A DNA stretch of 64,000 nt, taken from assembly GCA_051294905.1 (NCBI GenBank), contig CM119372.1, forward strand, positions 9,302,001-9,366,000. Direction: 5' to 3'. Of the stretch, positions 48,181-61,300 are shown in pieces; the stretch's first letter is position 1, and every line of letters starts with the position of its first letter. A program made the position numbers and the translations under genes. Origin of the DNA: Botryllus schlosseri. Lineage: Eukaryota. A model generated the notes under the pieces. The model did no database searches. It was given only the letters and a program-made list of their open reading frames with translations, and had not been told where the DNA came from.

Positions 48181-50875
48181 TAATTACCAAAGTATTACCA
48201 TGCGACTGATTCTTAGATTTAGCAAACTATTTCGCACTGACCGGACTAGTGTAATACTCGATACCATATTATTATAGGTTCAGTATACTGTAGCCGCACA
48301 AAACATCCAACCAGCTGTTTTCACGGGAATCAATTCAGAATTCAGGATGTGAGCGGGCAGGATGCCAGAGTCATTTGTCGCACTGAATATAGGTCGCGCG
48401 CGCTCGAACACATGTTTTCAAAATCCACTTGCGACGAAATGCACAACGCGCCGCGTTTCTGAATTTCCTGTGTTGGCTTATTTATTATATTTTGCGAAAC
48501 GATATAGGACGCTTTTAGCGTATCACACAGGTCAAAATGCAGCTTTTCTGATTTCCGATAGGCCGATTTTGGACCACCAGGCAGCTCAAAACGCAGCGTT
48601 TGTGACTTCCGAAATGCGACTTTTCTGAATTTCCGGTGTCTTGTTTATTCATTATATTAGCACATCACCAGCAGGTACTTACACTACTGATGTACATATA
48701 ATTCATTACGACTATGCCCTGGAATGCGGACGTGGGATTATTCGAAATGCGGTCGTGAATAGCAAAAAAGTTGGCCAGCCCTGTTGTGGAACTAAATATG
48801 ATGACGAACGTAATACGTGTAAACGTTTTGACCTCTGACACACCAGATAAACAATGACCTGTAACACAATAATAAATTTCAATACTCTCGAGGTTGAGTC
48901 ATATCTGGGGAATACTAAAGAATAGTAACTTATTCATATGGTGTAAATACAGGACCGCTACGACATGTTATCAATTGCTTTGCATTACTGCTGCGCTCAA
49001 TAAAACCAGAAGTAAGTCAATCTTAAAAACTAGCAAAATAATCCAATATTCGTGGAGTAAACAACCGTAACCACCACATGACTTGATATATTATTCACGG
49101 CTTTGGACACGCTTTCCGCGTTCTTTTCTAATAAGTGACAATTATAATGGACGTGACATAGGAATGCTCTTCGCAGCTGGAAAAACTGTCCCACGCTGTG
49201 ACTATACTTGTCAGTTAAATTAGATCAAAACGGATCACAGGTTTGTGTGTTTTATTTTGAACTACTTTGACACACTTCGGGCTTTTGAGTTCTTGTCACC
49301 TTACCCCCAAGGACATCGAGTTTTCTTTCAGGGAGGTTTGGAAAATATATTTGCGTAACCTAGATTGCCTGTGTATAACGCGGCTAATTTCCAGCAGTTG
49401 GTAGGGACGAGCATGTTGCGGGCGGAAAAATTGTCACGGGTCCATTTGTAATGAAATGACATGCCATTTTGGCGCCATAGTAACTACGTAGTCGTGGCAT
49501 TGAGAGCCTGAAAAGATGTTTTCATGCTCGTTGCTCCTGTATACGAATTCGGATTCAAAATGTTTCTACAACTTCTGATCGATAAACATATTTTGGTGTT
49601 TTGGATAGATTTTCACGTAATAGTCAACATATAGACCCCGGTAAGTCCGCGCATATCAATTCACCGACCTTGGTTCTAAAAGACGGATCCACTCACTTTA
49701 GCGAAAGCCTAGTGAAGAATGAATTGAAAGATTCAGCCAACAACATCATTATCGGCGTGCTGCACGGTAGCTATTTCGCGTCGCTCGCCAGCGCCTCGCT
49801 ACTGAATATAGTAAGCTGGTAAAATGTTCTCCTGAAGACTTCGGGATTATTTGGAATTCCATGTTGTCTCACAGGTAATTCAAACAACTCACACCAGAGC
49901 ATTAGCCAGGGCCGTTGCTATCGAGGTGGATAAGACGGGTCGCGTATCAGCTTCGGGCATGCCATCATTCAGGAGTCCGACAACCGCATGGGTACTGATT
50001 GGATTCATTTGGACTGTCACCTTCACCTTCACCAATAAAAATACATTGCCATGAACACATCGTTCGATGCGAAACTAGCAATGGCAGCTACACAATTCAC
50101 GAAGGATCTGAAATGAACACAAGTGAGGCGAAGAGTCTCGCAGCAGGTGAGCAGATATCGCGCGTGGTTTGCTGTTCCCTGACTCTGCTTTCAATTGGAC
50201 AACCCACCACTATGGAATCAGAGTATCGCGTATGTCCATTATACACATTCAAAGAGAATTAAAATTTTGTAAGTTTGCTTACTGTGGTATCAGAGTAACT
50301 TACGTATAGTTTTCAAAGTTTGAGATCCATTTTTCAAATTCTGGGAAAATCATTTTTTTGTAATATTTTAATTTTCTCTCGGCCATATTATAGATTACTA
50401 ACCTACGGATAGATACGCAACTCCCGTCGTTACTCTCCGGCAAGCAGTTACGCGCAGCTACGCTTATTGCTGAGCAATCTAAAAGCAGCATAATTGGTGG
50501 TGATATAACTTGCGACCCGAGGGCTGAAATTTAATGAAACTGGTCTTAATCGAGAGCTACTGTCGCACTGATTCTGAGAATACAAATTAAAATCTTGTCA
50601 GGAAAATGGAACCACGTCAAAACAGCCCTCAAAGTCTGAAAATCGGCATTGTTCAGAACAATCGCTGGACGAAATTAGCTAGCCATTGTTATGTCCATCG
50701 TGTTGCGGTGGTGCCATAGTTGGAACGATGCCGATTTTCAGATTTTGAGGGCTGTTTTGAGGTGGTTCCATATCCCCAACAAGATTTTAATTTGTATTTT
50801 CGGAAACAGTGCGGCAGTAGCTCTCGATTAAGACCAGTTTCATTACATTTCAGCTCTCGGCTCGCAAGCTATAAT

Positions 50876-53774
50876 CAGACGTGGGGTAATCGCGATTAGT
50901 AATCGTAATCGATTACGACGATTACAGCATTTTTAAGTAATCGTAATCGCAATCGATTACATTCGAAAACATTCCGAAGTAATCGTAATCGACTACTTTC
51001 CATATTTAATCGATTTCTTTGTGAAAGAACAATTACTTTTTATTCGTACAAGGACTGTGACATAAACTGAACACTCGTGAACAAGGAAAAGATATTATAC
51101 CACTTATTGAGAGCACAAACGTCTGGTTTTCAAATGCCACTGCTCATTATTACGTCAAAGGTAGCCTATTAGCTTTGCTCGTCTTTGCGTAGGAAGTGTC
51201 CACACATATAGTAAACAGATATTCGATGTACATTAGTGTGATTGTAAAAAAAACCACCGAGCTGTATATCGGTTCATCAATACATTTCAGACGCCACTAC
51301 CTCGCATCGGGATAATTAATCATAACCACCTCTCTGCCTAAAATAGCAACTTTTGTATTGATGTTTGGTTATGTTTAGTTAAACTATAAAATGTAATAGT
51401 TCTAATTCTATAGTTAAATGCAGTTTCACCGTTGCTGCTTGACGAGCAGTAGGCCTATATGGTACGAACGTACAGCAGACAAAGGTTTAAAATTTTGTAC
51501 TCGTCAAATAGAACATTTCGGTTTCCACAACGAAGCATTAAAATCAACAGCTGCTGATATAGATAATAACTGTGGACCGTTGTTTTGCCGTTTCTCGTAA
51601 TGGCAGCTTACATTACATTATCACATTAAGGTGAAGGCAGAATTTTATGTTCACTTTCTGTTATTCTCATATTATTCTACTCAAAACGGGCGCCATCAAT
51701 CGCTATTTCACAATTCTTTACTGAACATTTGGACCTGCCGCCATAGCCATCGGCTTATATACCATGTTAGCGTGGGCTGTAGCTAGAATCAGGATCAAAG
51801 CAGCAAAAGCGTCCCCCAACCAAATTTTGGTCTTGGGCCCCCATAGGGTAGTCAATTTTGAAGTTGAAGATTTAATTTAGTCAATAATATTGGTTATTGC
51901 ATTATATTGCATTTTTAATCCTATCTCAGCGCTCGATGGTCAGATTTACCTGAAGAGTGGGGGCGTAATTCATAATTATAACATATGGTATCTTGCAATA
52001 ATTACTTTATGGTATGTTGTTAATTCGTGACCTCCGGTCTGTTATATACCAAAAGATATTGATTGTAGCGGCCCGAACAGCAGACTAAAATAAAAACTTG
52101 CGTGAGACCATACTGAGACGCACACACAAATTGTCATGTCTAATGCTCTGTGGGTGCCCGGGTGGCATTTGCATCGTGGGCTCAGATTGGAAGGAATGGA
52201 CTGTTAGTCACGCCCACCCAGCGCGGCTATTAACAATGGACACATATACCCTAAGTTTTGGCCAATGTCTTTCTTTAATAGCACACTTCGTGGAGTCTCA
52301 TGTTGGCCGAAACTGCATATGTCTTTCGATGTGTCGAGGAGCGGTATTGACTGGCACCTAAATGCCTACTACGATTAATTACCGTATGCATGCTTTATTT
52401 CTTGAGGGGGAGACGTATGCATTTCGAAATCAATCTATCTAGAGCAGGGGCGGGCAACTTCTCCAGTCGGCGGGCCGGATATAGTAAAATTGAGTACTTG
52501 GCGGGCCGGATTGCTGAATTAATACATTATTCGCCAATTTATCCACATATACAAGGAATAAATCATACTTAATGAATGTATTTTAACGACAGCAATGTCA
52601 CTTCTAAGCCATTTCTCGCCGATAATGACGAAAGCAATGTGGAATTGAGAATAGCATCGTCATACAGGCGCCGCCATGTCTGCTTCTATCTGATCAATCA
52701 ACACATGGTGCAATCCTTAATTAAGATTTCAAGGCGTTCGATAAGCCCGGTACCCCAAATTTACCAAGATATCAATTCATTAGGGTTGAGTAGGTGACGA
52801 GATAGCGTCGATATTGAATTCATGCGGTCCGCGTCCTCTACGAAATTTGAAAAGTGTCCCGCGACGCGACCCGTTTTGAATTGGCGGTGCCTTACAAAAT
52901 CCTAAAAGTGTGCCGTGCTACAAGTCGGCGGTTACGGAATCAAAAATAAGAAATATCAGCCTGGTGTAAATGACCATTGTGGTCGGCATACACCATGATT
53001 ACCACAAACGACATTAGGGTTCAGTACATCGTAAATGCCGATAATGCAAGTCTTCTCGCTTCGACCAACTTACGCGTAAGCTCCACTCTCGCACGCTGCG
53101 CATACACGTATATATTAATATACAGTCACTAACATTTGACGTAGTAAGCAAGTAGTTGGGAATCTCAGCAGACTGGGGTCGCGGGCCGCATTATCATGTA
53201 AGACGGAGAACTGTCCGCGGGCCGGACAAAATCCCTTCGCGGGCCGGATCCGGCCCGCGGGCCGTATGTTGCCCGCCCCTGATCTAGAGACATTTAAATC
53301 GCAAAGCTCAAAGAGAAATTCCAAGTTAATGAAATCTTTCGAAAATACTGTATAATTTATGTTCGTTTACAAAATACTTTTGAGTCCCCTCCAACCACGC
53401 TCCCCACCCTATTGGGGAATAGGGGTGCGGCAGTTATGGACCTACCAAGAATGCAGATCATTGGGTGCGATAAACCGTCCTCTATAAAATGGGCAATGGG
53501 TACATTATGACGTAACAAGGAAATGTCCCATCTTTTTAAAAGACAGTTGTTATGTCATTGGGCCTTTCCAGCGCAATCCATTTCTTGTCTTCCAATATAT
53601 CTACTACGATACAAAATAAATGTAATCGTGAGTAATCGTGATTACTTTTCCAATGTAATCGTAATCGTAATCGACTACTTCCCGATTTTGCTGTAATCGT
53701 AATCGTAATCGCGTGATTCAGAAGAAATCGTAATCGCAATCGATTACATTCATGAAGTAATCACCCCATGCCTG
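50876..53774 (+). mobile_element. hAT non-autonomous element with GTAATC subterminal repeats
   Basis: CAGACGTGGGGT...ACCCCATGCCTG ends; 7/8 TSD GCTATAAT / GCTATAAC. Confidence 0.85.
52445..53281 (+). mobile_element. hAT (Charlie-like) MITE
   Basis: TIR CAGGGGCGGGCAAC...GTTGCCCGCCCCTG; perfect TSD ATCTAGAG. Confidence 0.92.
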
Positions 53775-54298
53775 GCTATAACTCCACCAATTATGCTGCT
53801 TTTTAGATTGCTCAGCAACAGGTGTAACTGCTTGCCGGAGCGTAACGACGGGACTTGCGTATCTATCCGTAGGTTAGTAATCTATAGCCATATCTTGCCC
53901 ATGGTGAACTGTGAAACAATGGTACAAACATAATCATTAACCATAACCAACATTTACCCGAAAAATGTGAAAATGTTACAAAAACTTGATTTTCACAGAA
54001 GTACAGGAACTACAGGTTCGGCATACTTGATAAAGCGATGCGTTTTCTTGTATTCTATCCTGAATTCCTGGTCATATTGTAGTTGCTTCTTGTCCAGTCT
54101 CCAAACTACCTAACTTACAAGATTATCCAAATACTTGATGGATTTCACGAGATGATAATTAGACATGATCATTGATCAAGCAATCAGTCGCTTCAGACGG
54201 CGTGAGATCACTCGGGAATATAAAACAAAGCTGTCGGTTGGTTAGGGTGCTAGATTCTCAGTTACTTCTGTTAGAATTTCTTTTGCGCTCGATAAAGA

Positions 54299-57200
54299 AT
54301 GTTTTTGACGTGTTACTTTCCGTGAGTATCGGCGAGACTTAGGAGTCAACGCTGGATGTGACTACAATAGCCGTGTATTCAGGTTCCTCGCTTTGAGCTG
54401 CGTTCTGTCCGTGACGTGTGCTGCCGAAAAGGAAATCCCAAGCGTCTGCGACACACAACCGTGCGATGATAGTAACCAACAATGCTATCCCTTGTCCGAG
54501 ACAGACTACCGCTGCGTGTGCTCTGGTGAATGTGCTGATGCCAGTTGCGATGCTCGGCCTTGCCCTAACTCGAACCACGTATGCAATGCGTTATCCGACG
54601 CAGACTACGAGTGTGTCTGCCACCCGGATTGTCACGGCATCAACTGTTCCAACTGCCTGCAAGGTGAGAGACTTGGGTCTAAATCAGTGGTTCTCAACCT
54701 TTTTCATCTCGCGGACCGGTAAAATTTCAAAAAATGTCTGGCGGACCGGTGAATTTTCAAAATTGAAATGAAGCCAAAATGTAGAGTATGCAACCGTTTT
54801 CTGCAATTATGTGGTGCTAGAGAGCGACATTTAGAGGGTTTTGATCGTAATTTATTATCTTCATGATGGCATCCAAGTGATTTTATAGTAGTGAGTCTGC
54901 TGAGTCGAGATAAAATTGCCTTGTCCAGATAAACGTACTACCGTTGAGAGTCGTTTACAATCGTTCGTGCCGAAGGCCCTGAGTTTAACCGACCACGCCA
55001 ACTTGAATAATATCCTTTTGGCAATATCGAGAGAACAAGCGTTTCGGAGTCGAACCAAGCACTTTATCGTTCTATCTTGCTCATTGCGCACTGCCACCAG
55101 ATGCATAGGCTACTCTGGCAACTACGAATGCTATGCGTGCCGCAAGAAAACACCTTATATCGACTCTACCGCCCCCAGACCCTACACGTGGGTGGATGTT
55201 TTAACCTGTACTTGTGAGCACACTCATTCTACTCAGTGTCAGCAGAGAGTTTATGCAGCTTCATCGCACCAATAGCGAAAATTTTCGATCATTCAGCACT
55301 GAATCGCTGCCGAATTTTGGCACACCGTTTGGAGTTCCATGTTAGCCTTAACTTCATTATGTGTTGGCACGTCGTGGTGCGGTAATGGCTGACGCTGAAA
55401 TGCCTATTTTTTAAAATCATGCGTGTTTCGCGGAGAAGGGCACCTAGACATTTTTAGCGACACCTAATCGCGAAAAGCGCGAAAAGAAGAAAAATGTTGG
55501 AAAAAGTCTCAAAAAATACAGTATGATTTATGTTCATTTTCTAAATAATTTTGGACTCTTTTCAAGCTCGGCCCCTCTCCAATTGGGTGGTTTGGGGGGA
55601 CCCGTTACGGACATGCACAAAATAAATGAATGAAAAACGAATGATCGCGCAAACTGCGCTGGTTAGAGATGACTCAGCTCGTATCTGTTCTGTACTTGTC
55701 GCCCGCATGCCGTCTAATGACACGTCTTGTATTGAAGTCAAATCAAACATGTTTCCATAGCCATAATGTCACCTCACGAAGGTCTGAATCGTCATTTCAA
55801 AATTTGATGTTTTATTTATTTTACTGATGGACACGCCTTCAACATTGCATCTTGAACTTATGGTATAAAATTGTAATATACCTGGCGGACCGGCAAGAAT
55901 GTCGTCGCGGACCGGCGGTTGAGAACCACTGGTCTAAATGACGGAGGCGTATTACGTGAGCTTTACGCTCCATATCACGGCAGACGCTAGGAGAATCCGA
56001 AACGTGTGCGATAATCGACCTTGTGCTCATGAAAACCAAATATGCATTACCACAACGGAATCCAGCTACCAATGCGTATGCCCGGACGGCTGTGGTGGAG
56101 TAAATTGTTCGAACTGCCTTGCAGGTGTGAAGCACAGTCAACAGCATATGGGCTGTGCGGAATGAAATTTCCGCTTACCTTTCAGATTTGGCTCCGTCCG
56201 CATGCAGCCCGAATCCGTGCGTGGGTGACTGTTCCTGCTACGAGTCGTGTAAGCATTCAGGTGGCTATTACTGCCGTAGTGATACCGGTTACTTGGGAAA
56301 GAACTGCGCTGTTCGTGAGTACCTGCGCGTTTTGCTGTTTTCTAGTTAGCGATGCTTACTGGTGTTTTGTGGCTACGATCAAGCTGTTCCTGTATTGCGG
56401 TGCGAATCTGATAAAATTGTGCTAAGCGTCTCCGAAAACTTCGTCGACGAATATGACTTGGGCATGAAGAATAGTTACATATCGGTAGCACCCAGCCTCC
56501 ATGAACACGCTCGTTCGTCGTGCAAAAGTAATTAGAAACTAGATCATGATCATGAATTTTCAATTTCAATTTCAATCCCAATTTCCAACAGTATATTTCC
56601 CGACAAACGGCGCATATGAAATGACGATTCCCCTACCGTTCTCGGCCTGCAACACAACGTCGCGACGAACAGAAGAGGGCGTCGTCTTCTCGAACCAGAT
56701 GTGGTTCAATCGCGAGCTAGGCAGCGCTATGTTCGACATGCCGATCCCCGCCGTTGAGTTCCAGTGTACGTACAGTCGCGTGTACCAGCTTGTTACATCG
56801 CTTCAACCAGTGTAAGATACCTTTTTCGTGCACCTAAGTACATTACTGTAATTTAAAACGCGTTTCCCACCTGGTTGTATTGCAGAGTCAGCAACCCAGG
56901 GTTAGTGGTTTCAAAGAAGGATATCTTCCCAACGATTTCTTTATGTAAGGTCCCTACTTGCCCTGGTAGTTGCCCGGACATATACAAGGTTAGCGGCGGC
57001 GCCTCGTATACTGTGGGTGAAATGATACATGTGACCATGTCGCTGGACGTAAGTGGTAGGCTGGACGTGTGGCACCATCAATTTTCATAAACTTTCTCCC
57101 GTTTCAGTCCGGTTCCCTGAACACAGGAATAGTTCAAATGTACTTGTCTTGCTCCGGTGACGAATCAAGCCGCAGTGTACTCGACATAGTCGTTGATGGA

Positions 57201-57731
57201 TGCAACGCCCAGTCTGGCTTACCGTCGAAAATTCGTTCGTCGTTTACATCGGACATTACCTGCGTCTCGTTTCAAACGCCACGTGCATTGCAGTGTACGG
57301 AATTCTACATTCACGCAGAGTTGATGTCCTGTGGCAGTGACGATGTAGAGGTGCGTAGCGTTAATACTTTTGTCGAGATACTTGTTTATTACATTTCACA
57401 TTCTCAGGTATGCTCCCCAACCGCCGACAACGTAAGATGCAGATCTTCGCGTGTAAGACGTAGCGCTCCACACGTGGCCTGGATCGGACCAATTTCCTTG
57501 TTCAATGGTTCCGATGGCTCGGGGCGGCTTGCCATCAACGGCATGGATGAATATATGGACCTGAACCCACGCATTATGGAAACTACGCTTCTTGAAGCTA
57601 CTGCGGAAGGGAGGGGTCTTGGAGTGGGCGTGATCGATGTTGTCGTGCTGGTCTTCATTGCGGCTGCTGCAATAGCGTTGCTAGTATTGATTCCATTTGC
57701 CTATGCTCGATCGGGGCGAAAACGTTTTTGA
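54299..57731 (+). CDS. EGF-repeat + ZP-domain transmembrane protein; exons 54299-54321, 54383-54663, 55984-56124, 56186-56314, 56384-56527, 56592-56811, 56886-57048, 57108-57350, 57408-57731
   Basis: Phase-consistent GT-AG introns; signal peptide MFLTCYFPFLALSCVLSVTCA; about four EGF-like repeats; ZP motifs (VLRCESDKIVLSV, PFSACNT, FSNQMW, EFQCTY, VDGC, FYIHAELMSC); furin site RVRR, hydrophobic patch IGPI, TM helix; TATA-like TATAAAA near 54220. Confidence 0.88.
54685..55931. mobile_element. hAT (Charlie-like) element in intron 2 of the ZP gene
   Basis: CAGTGGTTCTCAACC...GGTTGAGAACCACTG; perfect TSD GTCTAAAT. Confidence 0.92.
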
Positions 57732-58333
57732 GTTTGTCACTGTGAACAATATATTTGATTACCCGGAATTCCGATGTTTTCGTCGCATAAAATTGAGATG
57801 TATTTAGATCAGCAGTCGGGTTCAGTAAGACGATTCTGTTTCTGAAGTCTCGCATTACGTCGGCTGTTGAAGCGTTTCATTGCCGAGATTGCTTCATCGA
57901 CAAGTGTTGTAAAGAGGCATTCGTGTTAAAATATGCACGAACTTGCTTCATCGACAGCGTATTGTGACGATCCGTTCGTGTTACATCATGCACAATTACA
58001 CATGTGTGGAGCATGCAGTTATGTTAACTTCATTCTTGCAATCTTACGCGGTAAGTAGCGATTTTTTGAATCGAAATACAAGCAATTTCTACCGACTAAT
58101 ACTAGGCAGCCCTGGAGTTATATACATCACCTGGGTGCCTGATTTCAAAGACTACTTCCAAGTCATCGGTATTTCATCTTTTTATTGAATCGGTCTTGTG
58201 GTGTTTGAAATCGTGAAATCGTCAATAATCTGATAGTAAAGCTTCTTTTTATTCAAAAAATATATTATCTGCAAATTACACAAGCAAACAAACAGTCCGA
58301 GGCAAAACAAAACTGCAACCACCTCCGCTCCGC

Positions 58334-61300
58334 TCAGTCCGAGTTTAGAGTCAGACACACGCCCTGCAGCACCCAGTGAGAGATGTGCTCCGTGGTGTGC
58401 AGGTCGGCCTCAAACACCAGCCCGACGCCCATCGCGTTTCTGCGCATCGAAGTGGTGTAGACGGGCGTGCGGAAAGTGTTTTGAAGCTTCAGGCGATGAG
58501 CCTCGATGGGAATCACTGTTAAAATTACAGAGACAGTCAATAACGTGGACTAACTTGGATATAATTTTAGACTGCGTTCACCTCTACACAACAGTTATTG
58601 TAGGCCTAGAACGCATACGTCTTCACTTTCTTAGTAATCACCACTTCTACTTTACTAACAATTAATATTTCGGCCATGACGCCATGACACTGTGTCCGAT
58701 GAATTAGCCAACTGAGTAAAAAGACATTCTCGTCCTCTCCAAATTCTTACATCACCGAATTATGACATTTGCTAGGTTTGGCGTTACAAGGAAAAGGCAT
58801 CGACACTTTATTGCTCAAAACAATTTACACATCCCAAATTATTGTGTACGCGGCAACACCAGAAATACTGGCAGATATTAAATCTGTTTGACAAGAAACA
58901 AAAATTTGCAAGTCAGGCAGTATAAAAGACCCGACGAAAGAACGCATTCACAAGGAATGGAAATAACAAGAGAGAGTCGCGGGGTAGAGATTAACATCGA
59001 AAAGAACTGTACCACCGGGCACCAGGTCTATGTGGATGCAAGTTATAGATGCCGCAACTGATGGTTAGGCATCTTCCCATCTGTTCATTCCATCGCATTG
59101 TGTCTTCTTATCGCATTGTACATTGTGTGTGTCTTGATCGGATGACAATATAATCTGACTTATATTGTGACCCAGCCCGTTGTTAAATCCAATTCTTGAT
59201 GGACACAAATGAGAAATGGGGATATTAATATGTACAGACCACTTCTTTCAGAATAAAGAAACATTGCATACATAATTTGCGCAATGGAAAAGTAAGTCAA
59301 TAGAAAACAAAGCTTCTCCCAAGAAAATAATTTGGACTATGAAAATGAAGGCGTTGTTAAAGCTGTAACATCACTATTAAATAATACTCGTGACCTAATC
59401 CATAGGTGTGAAGCCTGCCACCCTAGAAATATTATTCCGGTCTAGCCTTCACTGTTTGACAACGGAGTTTGAGATTACCTTTCAATATTGGCAATTCCTG
59501 AATCAATTGTTTCGGCTTCGGCCTTTCGAGACAACTGTTCTCGTTATCCCACGACGCCCCTTCCAAATATAACCCCGACACGAAGCAACCTGAAAAGCAA
59601 AGTCAGGTTTACAAATTCGCATGACCCAAATTGACTACCGTTTCTGAATGTATACATATCATGAAATATTCATTCAGAACATAATCACCACAGTGCTGTT
59701 AAAATAATAAGCGCTATTGTAGCTGGAATCCACGTATAGGTAAAATATAAATATCTATAATTAAAACGGTGTTGATGTTATACTTGAAAACATTTAGTGA
59801 GTCAGATAATCTGATAAAAGCTGGAAGATTGTTCCACAGGATAGTAAGGATAGTAATGGGTATAGTAGTACATAGAATTATAAATATTCAGATTTACATG
59901 ATCAAGAACATAAAGAATTGTGGTGGGTCTAAGCCAGTTAGGCAACATCTATCAGCAATCTGCATATAAGAGTATGTCCATAATTTATCATGAAATAAAA
60001 AGTGAAAAACACAAAGAGAAGAAAATAACCTTATACAAATAAAGTGCACCGGTTACATCCAGTCATGCTTTTTTATTACGCCTTGGATAGATTACTGAAT
60101 TATTTGAAGTCATAGAGGATATCTTTTACAAAATGCGGAATTCGCGCGATATGAAAGGGCACCATACCAAACGTCTGCCACTGGGAGACAATACCTTGGT
60201 GCGCTCTCTCCGTCACTTCATCAGCGTTCTGCCACTGCGTCACCTGCGTGTAGAGCGTCGATCTGTCCAGCGGCCAGCCGTTTTTACGGCACGTCGCTTG
60301 CACCAACGCCGTAAGGTAAGACTCCGGGATGTGCAGTCCTGTAAAAAGTTAAATTCATGAATAATTTCATGGAAAGACAGAAAGGAGTCGAAACGAATCG
60401 TAGTAGTCTCTAAAGTAAACACCCACCTTTGACTAGAACAGTGGTTCTTGGCCAGGGTTCACACGAACCCCAGAATCTCGCTGAGCCAGTCTTAGGGGCT
60501 CAGGAGAGGTCACGACACACACCGGACTCATATAGGAGAAGTCACAGTGATATGCAGTACATATTCATTATAATTGTCTAGTTTTGCGTGAAATCATGTT
60601 TTAATGATCTTATAACACTGTTGTTGACAGACTCTACTGAATGAACATTAGTCAGCGCTCGAAGACACGTGATGAAAATGAATTTCAGTTGAGTTTATTA
60701 GTAATAATTTTATCCTATCAATACACCTCAAGATTGCGATACAATGCAATGATATGAAGGTGTCGAAACGACATGGAGCAATCTTTGAAATCAGAGACCC
60801 ATCTGGGTCTAGGCCAGTGGTTCCCCACGCGGGCGATATCGCCCCCCAGGGAGCGATTTGGCGGTCTAGGGGGGCAAAAATGACGAAGGGGGCGATAGGG
60901 GGGCAAAAATGGACAAAGGGGGCGACGGGGGGCGAAAATAGCGAAGGTGGCGATAGAGGGGCGATGACGCGTTAAAACGGCTATATTGGAGTCAAGTCGG
61001 GGAAATGACCTTTTTTTAAATTTTTTTTAGTCATCCTACGAAAATTCAGTTGCAAAAGTGTAAAATTCGACATCAAACGGCGGAGTTGACCTTTTTTTTT
61101 TTTAGTCAACCCGCCGGTGATTACAGTTTGTATACCAATTTTTCGGTTCACAAAATTTGGGGGGCGATGATCGGCGTTGAGCTTGAAAAGGGGGCGATGA
61201 GTCGAAAAAGGTTGGGAACCACTGGTCTAGGCGATGTAAAGATAAGACCTGCACACTGCATGAAAAGTAATATAAGATGACATAAAATTGACAAGCGACA

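Larger units (their letters stand above)
50389..53886. mobile_element. Foldback element with 7-bp TSD (P/Galileo-like), split by nested insertions
   Basis: TATAGATTACTAACCTACGG...CCGTAGGTTAGTAATCTATA; long inverted arms ~50389-50660 versus ~50720-50875 plus 53775-53886; TSD GCCATAT. Confidence 0.85.

Noticed and set aside
49601..50262. Short ORFs as an additional gene
   Set aside because: No phase-consistent exon chain or recognisable motif.
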